A stretch of DNA of 64,000 nucleotides from Phoronis australis (GCA_002633005.1 NMRA01000905.1:1-64000), one strand, 5' to 3'; shown: positions 1 to 12,609, counted from the stretch's first letter. A program made the numbers and translations. Notes: generated from the sequence alone by a model not told the origin.

Positions 1-120
1 TCGGAGGCTTGGCTGGGGCCCGCCTAAGTGCTCCGCCGGAGTCTGCCTGCGCTGCCTTCGGCAGCTTGGCTGGGGCCCGCCTTAGTCCTACGCCGGGAGC
101 CTGCCTGCGCTGCCTTCGGC
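1..120. repeat. GC-rich tandem repeat, two ~58-bp units (truncated by window start)
   Basis: The unit TCGG(A/C)(G/A)GCTTGGCTGGGGCCCGCC...GCCTGCGCTGCCT occurs at 1-57 and 58-115. Unit junctions form GCC-TTCG-GC hairpins. Confidence 0.75.
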
Positions 121-279
121 TAAAGACAAAACAAAACTTGAAGAAGGTTTCGCCGGTGGGGTGGTCCGAATTTGCACACATTATTAAATCTTGTTTCAGC
201 CACATGTTCATTACCGGGGTTTGATTAATAAACTCAATGTTTCCTCACGCTCTTGTTCTTTTATTTGTTGCGGCATCCA

Positions 280-420
280 AGGGGGGTCTATATCCGCCTA
301 TGTCATGTATGAAGGCATAAAATTGTGGAACGAATTGTCAAGTAGCATGAAGATATGCACCACTGTTGGTGACCACAAGAAACATTCGTTAATCTATTTT
401 GGTGCATACTCTTGCGACTG
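280..420 (+). mobile_element. Short 3' fragment of a CR1/L2-type LINE ORF2
   Basis: The translation YEGIKLWNELSSSMKIC resembles the GxKLWNxLP motif at the C-terminus of CR1/L2 ORF2. Confidence 0.4.
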
Positions 421-532
421 CTCTCATTGCGACTATTATTGATCTTTACCTTAGGAGTGTGGTTCTCCGAATTGCATATGCATGCGACCGAGTTTGAAGA
501 GCTGAGTTTTTTACTTGCCGTAATAAGCACTA

Positions 533-572
533 TGTGTGTGTTTGTGTGTGTGCGCGCGCGCGTGCGTGTGTG
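533..572. repeat. (TG)n/(CG)n microsatellite
   Basis: tgtgtgtgtttgtgtgtgtgcgcgcgcgcgtgcgtgtgtgt. Confidence 0.8.
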
Positions 573-1117
573 TAGGCCTTTGTGTGTCTTTTTCACAAAA
601 TTGTTCCTTTCAGTGGCACGATATAGCGTAAAGTGCAAACGCGGATTTTAAAATTTCCTTTCCCGAGGGAAACCCGCTGAAACTTTCTGATCGTCGCGAG
701 GCCTGTACCTGCACCACGGCTCTTTCCGTCGCCACGTGCGCAAACCTCAAATCGGTCCTCCGCCAAGCTTAGCGTAACTGGACTGCATCGTGACGTATAC
801 CTGCGCTCCCGCCATATATAATCTGCATTTTTGTTCATAGCTCCTATTTCGTGTACCTTAAGCTTCTAAGTTTAGCTCTGCACGTCGATGCTTTATGCTA
901 CTGTTCCTTTGTTACTATCCACATCGATTTTAAATAAACTTTTACTACTAATTATAAAGGGGGGACCTTACACTCTGAATGTCTTTGAACACGTGCACCT
1001 TGCCGTACTGGATCTCATAACGCGAACAGTTTCACTTTGAAGATCAGTGAATCCGACCAACTTACATTACTCAGGGCTTGGAATGACCCATGACTACAAA
1101 AGAGGAAAATTTTTATA

Positions 1118-3887
1118 GTCAGGTTTGTTGTGTAATTTTGTTGGAATTCTGTGGGCAAAGTGGACACTATATATTTTTGGAAACCTCATGGAATGACAAA
1201 TCAGAAAAAAATGATTCCATTTTTGGCGGCCATCTTGGCGGCTATCTTGGATTTTCAAAAATGGCGCCGTTAAAATGGATTTTGCTCAATATCTCCGATT
1301 TCACGTCACTTAGAATGTTGGTCTTTATGGCTACACCTGCATTTCTCAAGGAATTGAAAATTTAATTTTAGTGGAGGCCATCTTGAATTTTTAAAAATGG
1401 CGCCCGTAAAATAAATTTTTCTCAGTATCTTTGCTCTTGGATCACTTAAAATGTTAATTTTAATGGCTGCACCTACATTTTTGTGGTGACGAAATCTGAA
1501 AATGCAATTTATCAAATGAGAAACATAATCAAAACCCCATTTATCAGCAGCCACATTTTAAAATCCATTCTTCATGTAATCCAACACATATGATCACTAT
1601 CTTAGTTTCTTGTATATTTTGTTCGGAGCTTGTTTCCTTCAAGAAATTTAAAGTAAACCAGTACTTAAACAACTTATTTACGTTTGAAGAACATGAAAGA
1701 ATGTTTTTGTAATGTCAGTAGTCTTTCAAAACTTTGAAATCAGTCTATAGATCCGATCTATGAATCATTACAACAGCCGTCACTGTCACCAGGAATCACA
1801 TCATCATCACCATTCTGACATTCTGCTCTGTACTGATATAGATCTATGTAAGGCAGGTCCTAAATGATCAGCAATTGCATTTTTGGGAAGAGCAATCGTT
1901 TTTGCTCTGTCATCTAACCATCTCAAGGACAGCCTCTGGCACTGGAGGCTCCTCAGTTGTGATTGTTTCCGGCAGCTGGTCATCTTTGTTCTTGTAAATT
2001 CATTCTGCAATGGGTCAAGGAACTCCTGTCGAGCAATGACTGCCTGACCCCACACTCTGGCTTGAATAAACACCCTCAGCACATGTTGTTTCAAAGCACC
2101 AATGGTTGGTAGACATTTGTCACTGTCAGCCATATGTTTACAGAAGAGGTACCATCTCAGCTCTGGGATGCTATTGTGTCTATACTCTGTGGTGAGCATG
2201 CACTTGTAAAGGGGGCTAATGTGAAAAGAAGTTCACCTGTTACTTCATAAGCAGCTAGTACAAAAAGTCTGCAGTGCATTCATATCATCAGTGTTTGCCT
2301 TCAAATATATATTCAACATATGGACCAGTGTTCATGTAAAAGCATGGAAAGCAGGAAGAGCCTTTGCCCGGACAGAGCACCTAATATTGTCCGTATTGGA
2401 TTCACGTCCACAATCCCAGATGCCATGGGGACTGAAGTATTTCTGAGAAGCCTGTCATAATAGACAATGACGAGTACCAGTAAATCTATGTCAGGTGAAA
2501 AAACATCAGCTGAGAATTAAGAACCTTTTGATGTGATGCCAGAACTGCATGATGTACAGTGTATTAGCAATATATCATCTTTTTCGTAATCGTTTTCTTC
2601 TAAGCGTAGATCACGTCGGTTGCTTTTTGTGCAGCCTGAAGCTGAAGTAATGGCTATCTTGGCAGTCTTTATTATATTCAAGTGTCTTTGCAGACAGATA
2701 TACAGTAAGTTGAGCCTTTTTTGGTCATGGGAGAGGAAACGGCTCATTGGGATGTTCTGTGTGTAAGTCTCATCTCTTGTCTGGTACTGCACTTCACCTT
2801 TCTCTGCCTTTTTTCTCTCAGGCTTGTGGCTTGATTCAAAGAGTCGTCTTTGTGGGTGTCGAAAACCAGAATGATATCACGATCTCTAGTTAAGAACATC
2901 ACTTCCATGCTATTCACGCGTGCAGTAGTTGTGGCTTGGGTGAACACACTCAGTGGATGTTTTCTGGATCTAAAAGCTCTCTTGCAGCTTAAAGACTGTC
3001 CTGTTCTAAGAAGTATGCTTCGGAAGGTTTCTGCAGAAGGTGGATTCGATTCGACTTGTCTGTGCATGGCATTGTCCCACTGGCAGCAAAGATTTCTCTT
3101 GATGTTAGGGTGAATTCATAGTGGCTGATAGCATGTTTCTGGTTGATTTGCCCAGCGGGCTACAACTCCTAGCTGTTGCTCTCGTCATTCAAGTTGATCC
3201 TCAGCCTGGTTACTGCCAAAATTATCTGCCATCTGACTGTCAAAGGTGAAATGCATTACCATTGAGCAGAAGAGAGCTGGATTCCAAAGTGAACAGTGGA
3301 AATAATATCGAAATCTTCAAAAGACATGTCTTAAGTGTCTTTTCAAAAAGATATATACACTGTAGTAAACTTGAGGTTAGTAATCTGCGTTTCTGTGATT
3401 CCTTTAAGTATTCTGAGGGTCCGTAGCTGCTATTAAAAATCATTTAGATTATATGTATCATTTTAGAAATAGTGTTTTTCAATTCCTTACCCCACGAAAT
3501 GTGGGTGCAGCCATTTAAACCAACATTCTAAATGATCCAAGATCAGAGATACTCAGCAAAATGTATTTTACGAGCGCATTTTTTGAAACTCCAAGACGGC
3601 CACCAAGATGGCCGCCAATAAAATTAAAATTTCCAATTCATTGACCTCAGAACTGCAGGTGTAGCCATAAAAAGTAACATTCTCAGTGACCCAAGGGCGG
3701 ATATATTGGGCAAAATCTATTTTACCGACGCCATTTTTGAAAATCCAAGATGTCCGCCAAGATGGCCACCAAAAATGAAATTAATTATTTTCTGATTCGT
3801 CATTCCATGAGGCTTCCAAAAATGTATAGTTTGCACTATCCCCAAAAAATTCCAGGAATGTCAAAATTTGGACATAGTGAACCTGAG
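1118..3887 (-). mobile_element. Long-TIR (~380-400 bp) DNA element with TA flanks, carrying a decayed PIN/FEN1-like nuclease + CXC ORF
   Basis: About 1118-1500 is an imperfect inverted repeat of about 3480-3887, e.g. TTTTTGGAAACCTCATGGAATGACAAATCAGAAAA versus the reverse complement of TTTTCTGATTCGTCATTCCATGAGGCTTCCAAAAA. Ends are TA|GTCAGGTT ... AACCTGAG|TA. An alternative left end TA|CTCAGG at 1068-1075 overlaps a MITE-end fragment (1072-1112). Confidence 0.8.
1810..3000 (-). pseudogene. Decayed transposon-encoded protein: FEN1/XPG-like PIN-fold motifs followed by a tesmin/TSO1-like CXC domain
   Basis: Motifs in order across frameshifts: IILVFDTHKDDSL; ENDYEKDDILLIH (EEAD-like); FSPDIDLLVL (SPDTDV-like); ALPAFHAFT*; ELRWYLFCK; CLPTIGALKQHVLRVFIQARVWGQA; PEAVLEMVR*QSKNDCSSQKCNC*. 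Confidence 0.7.
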
Positions 3888-4279
3888 TAGCCGGTCCAGG
3901 TCCGAATCAGTCCACGGAAAATAGTGAAAGACTGTTGTGCGCAACACATTCGGTAGACTGTTCCAGACCCGGCCGAGCAGCCTCGAAGCGAAAGGATTTT
4001 TTACCGTATTTGACAGATTTAACGTGAGGAATGTCTAAAAGGTTGCTGTAGCGAAGGAGTAATTGTTTTCTTGCTTCTTTAAAAGTGAAAGAATTATCTT
4101 ATGTAATTCACCATAAAGGATTTCAAATACTTCTACTGCAGTCGAAGTCTGTGTAGCCTAATAAAGGGGTCAGTGGTTTAGCTAGGCCCTACTGAGAGTA
4201 TAGTAGTTGGTCGTGCGTGCTAACCGTCGTTGTGAACAAAACGGAGGGCTCTGAGTTGAAATTTTTCTAATTTGAGTTA

Positions 4280-4398
4280 TAGCTCCACCACTTTTTTCAG
4301 TGCTCTGGCGCCCATGGTGTTTTTATGGGCGGTATACCACAAGGGGGCTGGGGCTATAGATCCTCCACTTTTTTCAGTGCTGCCTGCGCCGTCCATCT
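4280..4398 (-). mobile_element. Two degenerate tandem copies of the ~72-bp CATGGGCGGCGC MITE
   Basis: Reverse-complement similarity to 52943-53085 (CACTTTTTTCAGTGC; GGGGGCTGGGGCTATAG). Confidence 0.65.
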
Positions 4399-4404
4399 AG
4401 ATCA

Positions 4405-4715
4405 TAGTGGTGAAAAATGGCAAGTTTAGCTTTTATCGAAAGGTGGAGACTTTTTAGAACGTTTATTTGCTGTGAGGCGTTTTTGCAAATGTCTGAAATT
4501 TGGGAGTTAAAAGTTAGAGTGGTACAAACGACTAGGCCTATACCTAGAAGTTTAACTTTCGGTTCAAAAGGTATTTTGCAATTTCCAAAGCAGATCGAGG
4601 GTTTTACAAAATGTGTTGATTTTTTTCCTATGCAGATTGCTTGGAATTTGTCACTACAAGATTTGCTTGCATGCCATTTACAGTGAACCAGCTGATGAGT
4701 GATTCGCTATGCGTC
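4405..4715 (-). mobile_element. CR1/L2-type LINE reverse-transcriptase fragment
   Basis: The minus strand reads WFTVNGMQAN..KFQAICIGKK...KVKLLGIGL...LTFNSQISDICKNASQQINVLK, the typical RT C-terminal segment. Confidence 0.75.
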
Positions 4716-5882
4716 GCCCACGACTCTACCGTACCGAGTCTCATCATTACGCTAGCACCTTACATGCTGGGTGTCATAAGGGGAGCGCCTTGCTGTGCAG
4801 CCAGAGCGAGATCTTGGAATTCCAAGCTCACGTAGGCTAACACTTACTTCCGCTTGATCTTAAGATTAAACAGTCTCCCGTTCAGTAACGCTATGACTTC
4901 GCTAAAAAGCAAGACTTCGGGAGATTACGTGAGATATTGCCGTGTATTTTAGATAAGAATACGTGACTTTAGATAGATTTTTAGCTAGGTCCTGGCGTAG
5001 GTCCTAAAGTTACTGAACGCACGCAAGATTCCAAGTTCACATACGACAGGAGATCACTCGCGCACTAATTTGGTGGCTATCTTGTGAGACCATGATTAGG
5101 TCAAATATTCGATTAGAAATCCTAAAGTAAGGCCCGTTGGTTTATTATATACAAAAAAATTGAATTGTAGTGTCCAAATTAAGTTTATGCTACTTTTCAA
5201 GACACAATAATTAGTACGAAAAGTGTTATTTTTGATCGGAGAAGTTTCCGATTTGGTGATAAGGCACGAGTTTGGGAGTTCCGTGTTGAATGTTGCGGAA
5301 ATGTCTGCAAGTTTACCAAGATGCCAGTACTGAGAAATATTCACTGAAGTCTCATGTAAGTACAGTAACATAACACAGCATATATGTACACATTGCACAG
5401 GAACGTTGAGTTGCATTGACCTTATAAATGCAAGAAACTAATTAATGTTGGCTGCTGCCTGTGAGGAAGTGAGATCCTATTGAGACAGCAGAGTGAGATG
5501 GTGCAAAATTCTTTTGGTTCCTCGAGGGAAGGTTTTAAAATATTGTGCCTTAGCTTTCAGTTGTATCAATTTCTTAGGCTAGAGGGACTGTGTGTAGTGA
5601 AACGTGATTGAGGCTCACCATCTTCAGCTTTTAAAGCCTTAGACAGTTACCACCACTTGAATTGCAAATGGTACCTACTAGTACTAGACCAAGGGCTTAC
5701 ACATAGTGTACCCAATTATCGGAGGGACCCTAAACATGGGATATTTCATAAAATATTACTTGAAGCATAATCTGAGAATTAAATGACACCAATTTTTGTT
5801 CCGCTATAATGCATTCAATGTCCGTCACCGATTAAGACACGTGACACATTTCTCTGAAGATAAACAAGGGAGAAGTCAAATT

Positions 5883-6005
5883 GGAGACAGTGTGGCCTAG
5901 TGGTTTGGGAAACCTGGGTTGGAATCCTGACTTTACTGGCAGACAATTGAGCATTACACAAAAGTGTCTCCTGCTCCTCTGAGCTCGGTCTTACTAGTGA
6001 GTGAA
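5883..6005 (+). mobile_element. tRNA-derived SINE (internally deleted head)
   Basis: A-box-like TGGCCTAGTGG (5893) and B-box-like GGTTGGAATCC (5917). The body GGCAGACAAT..CCTCTGAGCTCGGTCTTACTAGTGA recurs at 52074-52155. Confidence 0.7.
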
Positions 6006-8049
6006 AGAATGAATGTATGTAAGGCCTAAGAGAATGAATGAGAACCACTTCGGAATACTTGACTTCGAGTGTGAAGTGTAAAGAAGGAAAAAAACGAGTA
6101 CCTTTAATTTTCAAAATGATTACTGACTGGGAACCAGTTTTCACCGTTATTCAGTGAAACTGGAAGGATTTAAAGACTCGTACTGCTTACTAAGCTGTCC
6201 GTCTACACTCGAAATGTACATATGGTATCGTGACTTCAACAATTTAGCCAGGTTTAAGTATTACTTGCAAAAATCGTTCCAGCATGCATCTTGGATTGGT
6301 ATGTGCCAACTAACCAGTCTGGGTGTCAGCATTAAACTTAATGTCCAAGAAGCACATGCTGTTAACCCCTGAACCAATGAACACTTTGAAATAAAACATT
6401 ATTCTGACTGCACTACCAACAATATCCTTTATCTAATAACACGTAGAAATTGTTCCATTCAATATGTAGGACAAACTCAACATAATCTTCAAACTCGGTT
6501 TGAACCCCTGAACTGCCAACTGGAATCTGGGAGAATTTTAAGGGGGGGGGCATGGCCCCCTTGGCTCCCCTCTAAATCTGCCACCGCAGATATATAAAAG
6601 AAGGTTAAAGAATCAACCAAATGTAGAAGTTGCCAAAATGGAAGTCACCGATTATGGTGTAGAGAAATGAATATTGTAATAACAAGAAATTCTTGGACAT
6701 TTGATATGTATTTTGTTGTTTTTCCCATGTGTGTGTGTGGGGTGGTGGGTGGGAATGGTGTGCATCATAAAAACTAGATCCATACTGTGGTGAGATGTAC
6801 TTTGTTAATAGATTCTTACAACTAAGGTGGTAGACAGAACTTGTTACATTTTAAGAGAGTCCTAGCAACCTAAACTTTTACAATGATGTGAAATATAACA
6901 GTTGTTACATTTTACGAAATTGTTGTATTTTACAGCATATCACAGCCTGAAGATGGTATTGTCCTTGTCCAAGATTTGAACACCAGAGTAATCTGTAGTG
7001 TGACCAATGGTCAATGAATGATTAATAACAGCCCTGTGTGTTCAATTTCCTCAAAGCTCAGCAGAAATCGTTCTAAAAATATTGCAAGAGGAAGGTTATT
7101 GCTTTGTTAAAAATATGTAAAATGAGACTATGAAATTTCATACATGCCAGTCAAGACATTGAAAAACTCAAGAGTGACTACAGTCAGTAAAGGTGTGACA
7201 CTTACTATAGTAGGTCACAGGCTTCTAGCCAGCATTGACATTTTCAACATAAACAGCATAGTGGAGCAGAGTCAACAGGTTGATTCCAGCAGAACATCAA
7301 GCTGGTGTGTATTTGTTTTAGGTCTCCTGTTGTTTTAAACTCTAGAGCTCACCAGGAAGTCTTTTGTGTGAATACTTTTTTGCCACTGCAATTTTCTTCC
7401 AAAACTAAGGATTTCTTTACAGACTTGGAGCAATGACATAAAAGCAGCCAATAAGTTCATTAAATCAGCATTTTGTTTTATTAGAATCTGGTCCAACTGA
7501 ACTGTCTTATTTTAACTAATTGAAGTTTACTAAAATAAGTAGATGTCACTGGTATGACTTTTCAGCAAGTACTTTTATAATTGAAAAAGTCCAATATATC
7601 TTGTTTTACATTGTAGCAACTTCTATACTTGATTTTATATCTGTCTTATTAATATTTAAGCGTTTTAGGTTCTTAGGTATTTGACAAATTTTATCTTATA
7701 CTACAAGTTCAGAAAGCAAAATTAAGACCTAAGGTTACTTTTATTGGCTGAATAATTGTATTTTTATGGGTTTGAAGAATGTAGTTCTGTCACACGATTT
7801 CTGACTTGACAAATAATTGTTGGAATCTAAAATTTTGGTCAATCGAGAATCGGAACTTATGCAAAACTTACAGGGCAACTAAACTTTTTAGCACTTTTTT
7901 GTGATGGATATACGGCACTATGGTATCCAGGAGTTAACCTTTGGCCCCAAAAGTTCGACAGTTTGCCATGGGTCGAATGATATTTTTGGATAGTTTAGGC
8001 GTATTGTGATTGCAAAGATTTGAAAATATTGTGAAATACCTGTAATTAG

Positions 8050-11000
8050 GTTATTTATAACAATGATTAGCAACACACAAAGTTATATATGCAATTACTA
8101 GGCCTCCGGCCCTTATTACAATCAAATCATCAAATACAATACATGTTAGTGTCAAGCACTAACAGTAATACGAGTTCTTCTTCGTTTGAATGCAAAATGA
8201 ACATATTTACATGTTGACCATATAAGATCTTTTTCCTCCATAGTCATGACACTGTTGAATTTTGTAACACTGGGATTGTTGTAGCTCCGTGAAGGCAAAT
8301 ATCGTTTCCTAAGGTCATTGTAGAATGAGCATTCGGTAAGAAAATGATATTCTGCTTGACACATGGCCTAACACAGAGAGGGCATAATCTTTGTTCTGCT
8401 AAGTTTCAGTGTCTACCCTTTTCAATCATTTATGCATTTGCTGAACATCTTAATCTTACCATACCATATCAGATCTAACATTGTCAATTACATCTAAATA
8501 ATTTTCAAAACATATGTTTAACTTAAAAGTTCTGTAAATTTCTAGCTTATTCGAATTGTTCAAAATTTCTTGCCATTTTTGCTGATCAGTATCTTTGCAT
8601 CTCTGTTTAAAAATTGACATGAAGCTTGTCTCGGAACCTGCATCCTGATTGTACCGTGCTTGTCCAAAACCAAACTGAAATAGCAATTTTTTTAACATCA
8701 TTAACCCAGCAAGGTTTATCAACATTTTCCGTCATATTGTACTGCCATTCCTAGCAGTAATATGTAATTTTTGACGCATCGGTTTTTAATAGTTTTAACC
8801 AGTATTTCACAATTTTAGGAAATCGGTATGCAATCAAGGAGTAACGACCCATCTCACCTCTAACAGCCCATGAAATTGCTACGCTAAGCAAATTGAAAAT
8901 TTCTTTACAAAATTTTGTGTGGACTATTTCTGTACATTCACCTTCAGTAAAACCCTAGATCTCACAGTCATAATGAAGTATCAGTAGTATCTTACAATCA
9001 AATAATTTCAAATTAACTTTAATGGGAAGTGCATAAAAACCATTGACATTTTTCCGTTTTAAATTCACTGCCTTAGCAGCCTATAACGATAGAGTTTTCT
9101 GCGCTCCACACCATGAACCTTTCGTAGTAAACATTAATCCTAAATATTACATGCATTTACAATATTAACAGTATTCCCATCGTGTCCATTTTTCATAGGA
9201 TCTTAACATTCCACCCGTCCTGAAAACAATTATCTTAGTCTTCGACTTGTTAACAATCAATTTCTATTTCTGGCAATACCCATGGAAATTATTCAATTTT
9301 TCTACAGTCCTTAACAGTATAGGAAAATAAAACCAAGTCACGTACAAACAGCAGATGCAATGATTCAGCTGATCCCATGGAAATTTCTTCGCCTCCACTG
9401 GATTTTAATTCTTGCTCTAAATCATTTATAAATAAACTAAACAAAAACGGTGTTAGCTGAGAGCCTTGTTTGAGACCATTCTGACAATCAAAGAACTCTG
9501 TATTCAATCTCACGCACAACTTTACTTCCGCGTACATTGCTTTGATTAGCGTATACATCTTACCTTCTATGTGATTGTTCTTTAATTTAATCATGTATTG
9601 CGATCATGTATTGCGCGTCTATAAGTACTGTCGAAAGCAGCTTTAAAATCCATGAAAGCACAATAGAGTCTACTTTTGTCTCGTGTCAAGTATTTAATTA
9701 TTAAGGTATATAAAGCAAACGTGATTCACCATACTGTGCCCTTTCCTGAATGCAGTTTGAGACCTACTAATTACATTTTCTCTTTCCGATCATTTTTGAA
9801 GTTGCTGGCATAATATTTTTTCGAATATTTTGGCTGTGTCTTGCAAGAGGAAAATTCCTCTGCAATTTTCAGGAATTTTGGCACCACCCTTAAATATCAG
9901 ACTGAGTACTGTAATGGATTTTGTCAATTCTTTTGGAAACGGCCCATTTATTAAAAAGTGGTTGTATAGATGGAGCAGCGAATCTACCAACTTTTTATCA
10001 GCATACGTCCTCAATGCCAATTTTATCACGTCCTGGCGAAGATTGTTTTTCATACTTCTGATGGTCTGTATAATTTCATCTTTTGTGATCTAAGCATGCA
10101 GCTCCATATCAACAATGGCATTACTTGAATTGTTGTCATTTTTACTGAGTTGTCAATAAACGCTTGAAATTCATTGTACTCTGGATTAGTAACAAAATAA
10201 CACCCTTTAAACTCAAATCTGAAGTAATTTATTCATTCCTCCGGTTTAATTTTCCTCGTTAGACATTTCTTCTTGATATTAAATGTGCGCCAGAATTTTT
10301 TGCAGTGTTTACTCCCCACAGTTGTAACGTTTTCTGCTACATTGTAACCGTTTCACTTTTTTAACTCTCCATAACCCCTTCTAGCTTGTACACATGTAGT
10401 TTAGATATTGTTTTCTCAGTGTTCAAATACTGATTCTAAAATTACTTAATTTTTGCCTAACGGCAGCTCTCATTTCCCTACACTCAGCGTCAAACTAACT
10501 GGATGATACAAGATGTTTACTTTTAGTTTTAAAATGTCAGCTGCACATAGTTTCTTGCAGCTTTCTACACTTGAATCTATGATCGAAGGTAAATGACTCT
10601 GTATGTCAGCGAATAACTGATCCACCTCCGGGCTCATCTAGTTTTCTGCACACCTCAGGCTCAACCCCTTATCCCATTTATAAACATTTTCAATCTGTTC
10701 ACCTGGAGCCCAGTTGTTTTTCTGCATCTTACACATACTAAAAATCAATGGAAAGTGAGCAGTCGATTCACAGATTTCACCGATTTCAACACCATCCACA
10801 CAGTACAATAAATCATTGTACATCATGCCATAGTCAACAATACTAGATCCATTATAAGTTACACTTGTTACATTACCAATGTCTACATCTTTCTCTAATC
10901 TTCCATTCACTATTCTTATCTCATTTCTTTGACAAAACTAATAATTCTGTACCAAACTCATTTACCTCACCATAATCTTGTGAGGTCCTACAACATAGGC

Positions 11001-11484
11001 CATCTTCTACATAACCAACACAATCAAAAATAGCACTGGATTCATCCATATACTTAATACTATCATCTTCAATAAAGTCTGTCCTGTTATGTGTACAAGC
11101 ATGAAAATTGCCCATTATTAAAAGGTGAAAAGCCCCCTTCATTTCTGCAGAAAAACTGTGCAACTCTTGCTCAAGTATTTTCATTGTTTCCAAATTTTTA
11201 CTTGAACTTTTTGAAGACTTATACATAACTGCAACTAAAATGAGATACAAATGATTAGGTAGGTAAATTTTTACACATAAAAGGTCAGCAGAACTAATAC
11301 AGTCTTACACAATAATACTACACCACCAGAATTACGAAATGCTTGAGGTTGTTTATTTCTCACCGACCCAGAACATGGTAACTTCCCAGTGTTAACTCGT
11401 CTTCATTGCCCATGTTTCAAGAAAAGCGATAATATCATATGTACATATCATATTTACAAAATCAAATCTCTGTATTTTATGTTT
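8050..11484 (-). mobile_element. Decayed non-LTR retrotransposon ORF2 (APE endonuclease + RT + C-terminal Cys/His knuckle), probably RTE-X-like clade
   Basis: EN motifs YDIIAFLETW, LLIMGNF, SSIVDY, HFPL. RT motifs PENCRGIFLL, CAFMDFKAAFDS, GLKQGSQLTPFLFSLFINDL. C-terminal EYHFLTECSFYNDLRKRY. Many stops and frameshifts. The clade call is tentative. Confidence 0.88.
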
Positions 11485-11585
11485 TACCGTACTCGTCCGG
11501 GTTACGGCCCATGCTCGGCTTACCGCCCACCCCTGAAAATTTCAATATTTCATTTTTAAGCACCCATGCTCGGCTTACCGCCCAC

Positions 11586-12418
11586 CAGGCCTTCATGCAG
11601 CGTACGTCCTGGGCGTCCAAATGGACGCCCTAGCACTAATGTAGACGCCCTGGCAAGGACGCCCAATGTATCATTTGGACGCCCTGTCAATCAGAATTTC
11701 TCCAGTTTGGACACCCACATTGTAAGATTACTAAGTTAATCAAAGAGAGAAGTTGGCCCTTTCAACTCAGAAAGAAGTATACAATGTATTTCAAATGTTG
11801 CAATGTTCAAACTATTTTCAAAGTATTTGGTAGGCCTGTCAATCATTAGCACGTGTTTGCTTGCCAGAGTGTCTGCTTTCAGTAGACTCATGTGCCACAG
11901 CAATTCTGTACTTTATATAGGGACACGGACCTTGCTCAACTCCAAACTGGTGTTTCAGAGCTGTAGTTTCATCTACTTCATCTTTTTTTGAAAACACCAA
12001 AAGCGAAATAAATGTCATTATTTTAATAATATGATGTGCCGCAAGAATATCCCCATTTAAAATGTTTGAGTTTTCGCCCGTTTCATGCTTTTGTATGTGC
12101 GTCTAAAATGGAGCAGCAGTGACACCTGTTGCCAAAATATGAACCACACATCATCTGTGCATTTTTCTTTTGTTGGTAACTNNNNNNNNNNNNNNNNNNN
12201 NNNNNNNNNNNNNNNNNNNNNNNNNNNNNNNNNNNNNNNNNNNNNNNNNNNNNNNNNNNNNNNNNNNNNNNNNNNNNNNNNNNNNNNNNNNNNGGGGGGG
12301 GGTTACTGGTGAATGGTGGTGGGGAGGGGGGGTAATGCGTCGTTGGAATCATGGACGCCCTGGAATATTGGGAACCCATTTTGGACACCCTATGTTCGAA
12401 ATCCTGGATGAAGCCCTG
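11586..12418. mobile_element. hAT-like non-autonomous element with 8-bp TSD (contains assembly gap 12182-12293)
   Basis: TIRs CAGGCCTTCATGCAG / CTGGATGAAGCCCTG. Perfect TSD CCGCCCAC at 11578-11585 and 12419-12426. Internal GGACGCCC/GGACACCC repeats. Confidence 0.85.
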
Positions 12419-12609
12419 CCGCCCACCCCAATTCTTCATGATCGAGACTTCCGTAAAAGTATATGTGCTTCTGTGAACGTTCATCGCAAATTAAGATTCC
12501 AAAACGTGCGCAACTCGCTTACCTTTCAGTGACAATCAATCAGTTTTAGCAGAACTGGGACCTTGCCTTACTATGGTGGTAAAATACCCGTATTCTCATG
12601 CCCTTTAGT

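Noticed and set aside
5883-5930. tRNA gene
   Set aside because: A and B boxes are too close, there is no cloverleaf, and the sequence continues into a body repeated at 52074. It is a SINE.
12083-12532. ORFs spanning the N run
   Set aside because: Artefacts of the assembly gap within a hAT-like element.
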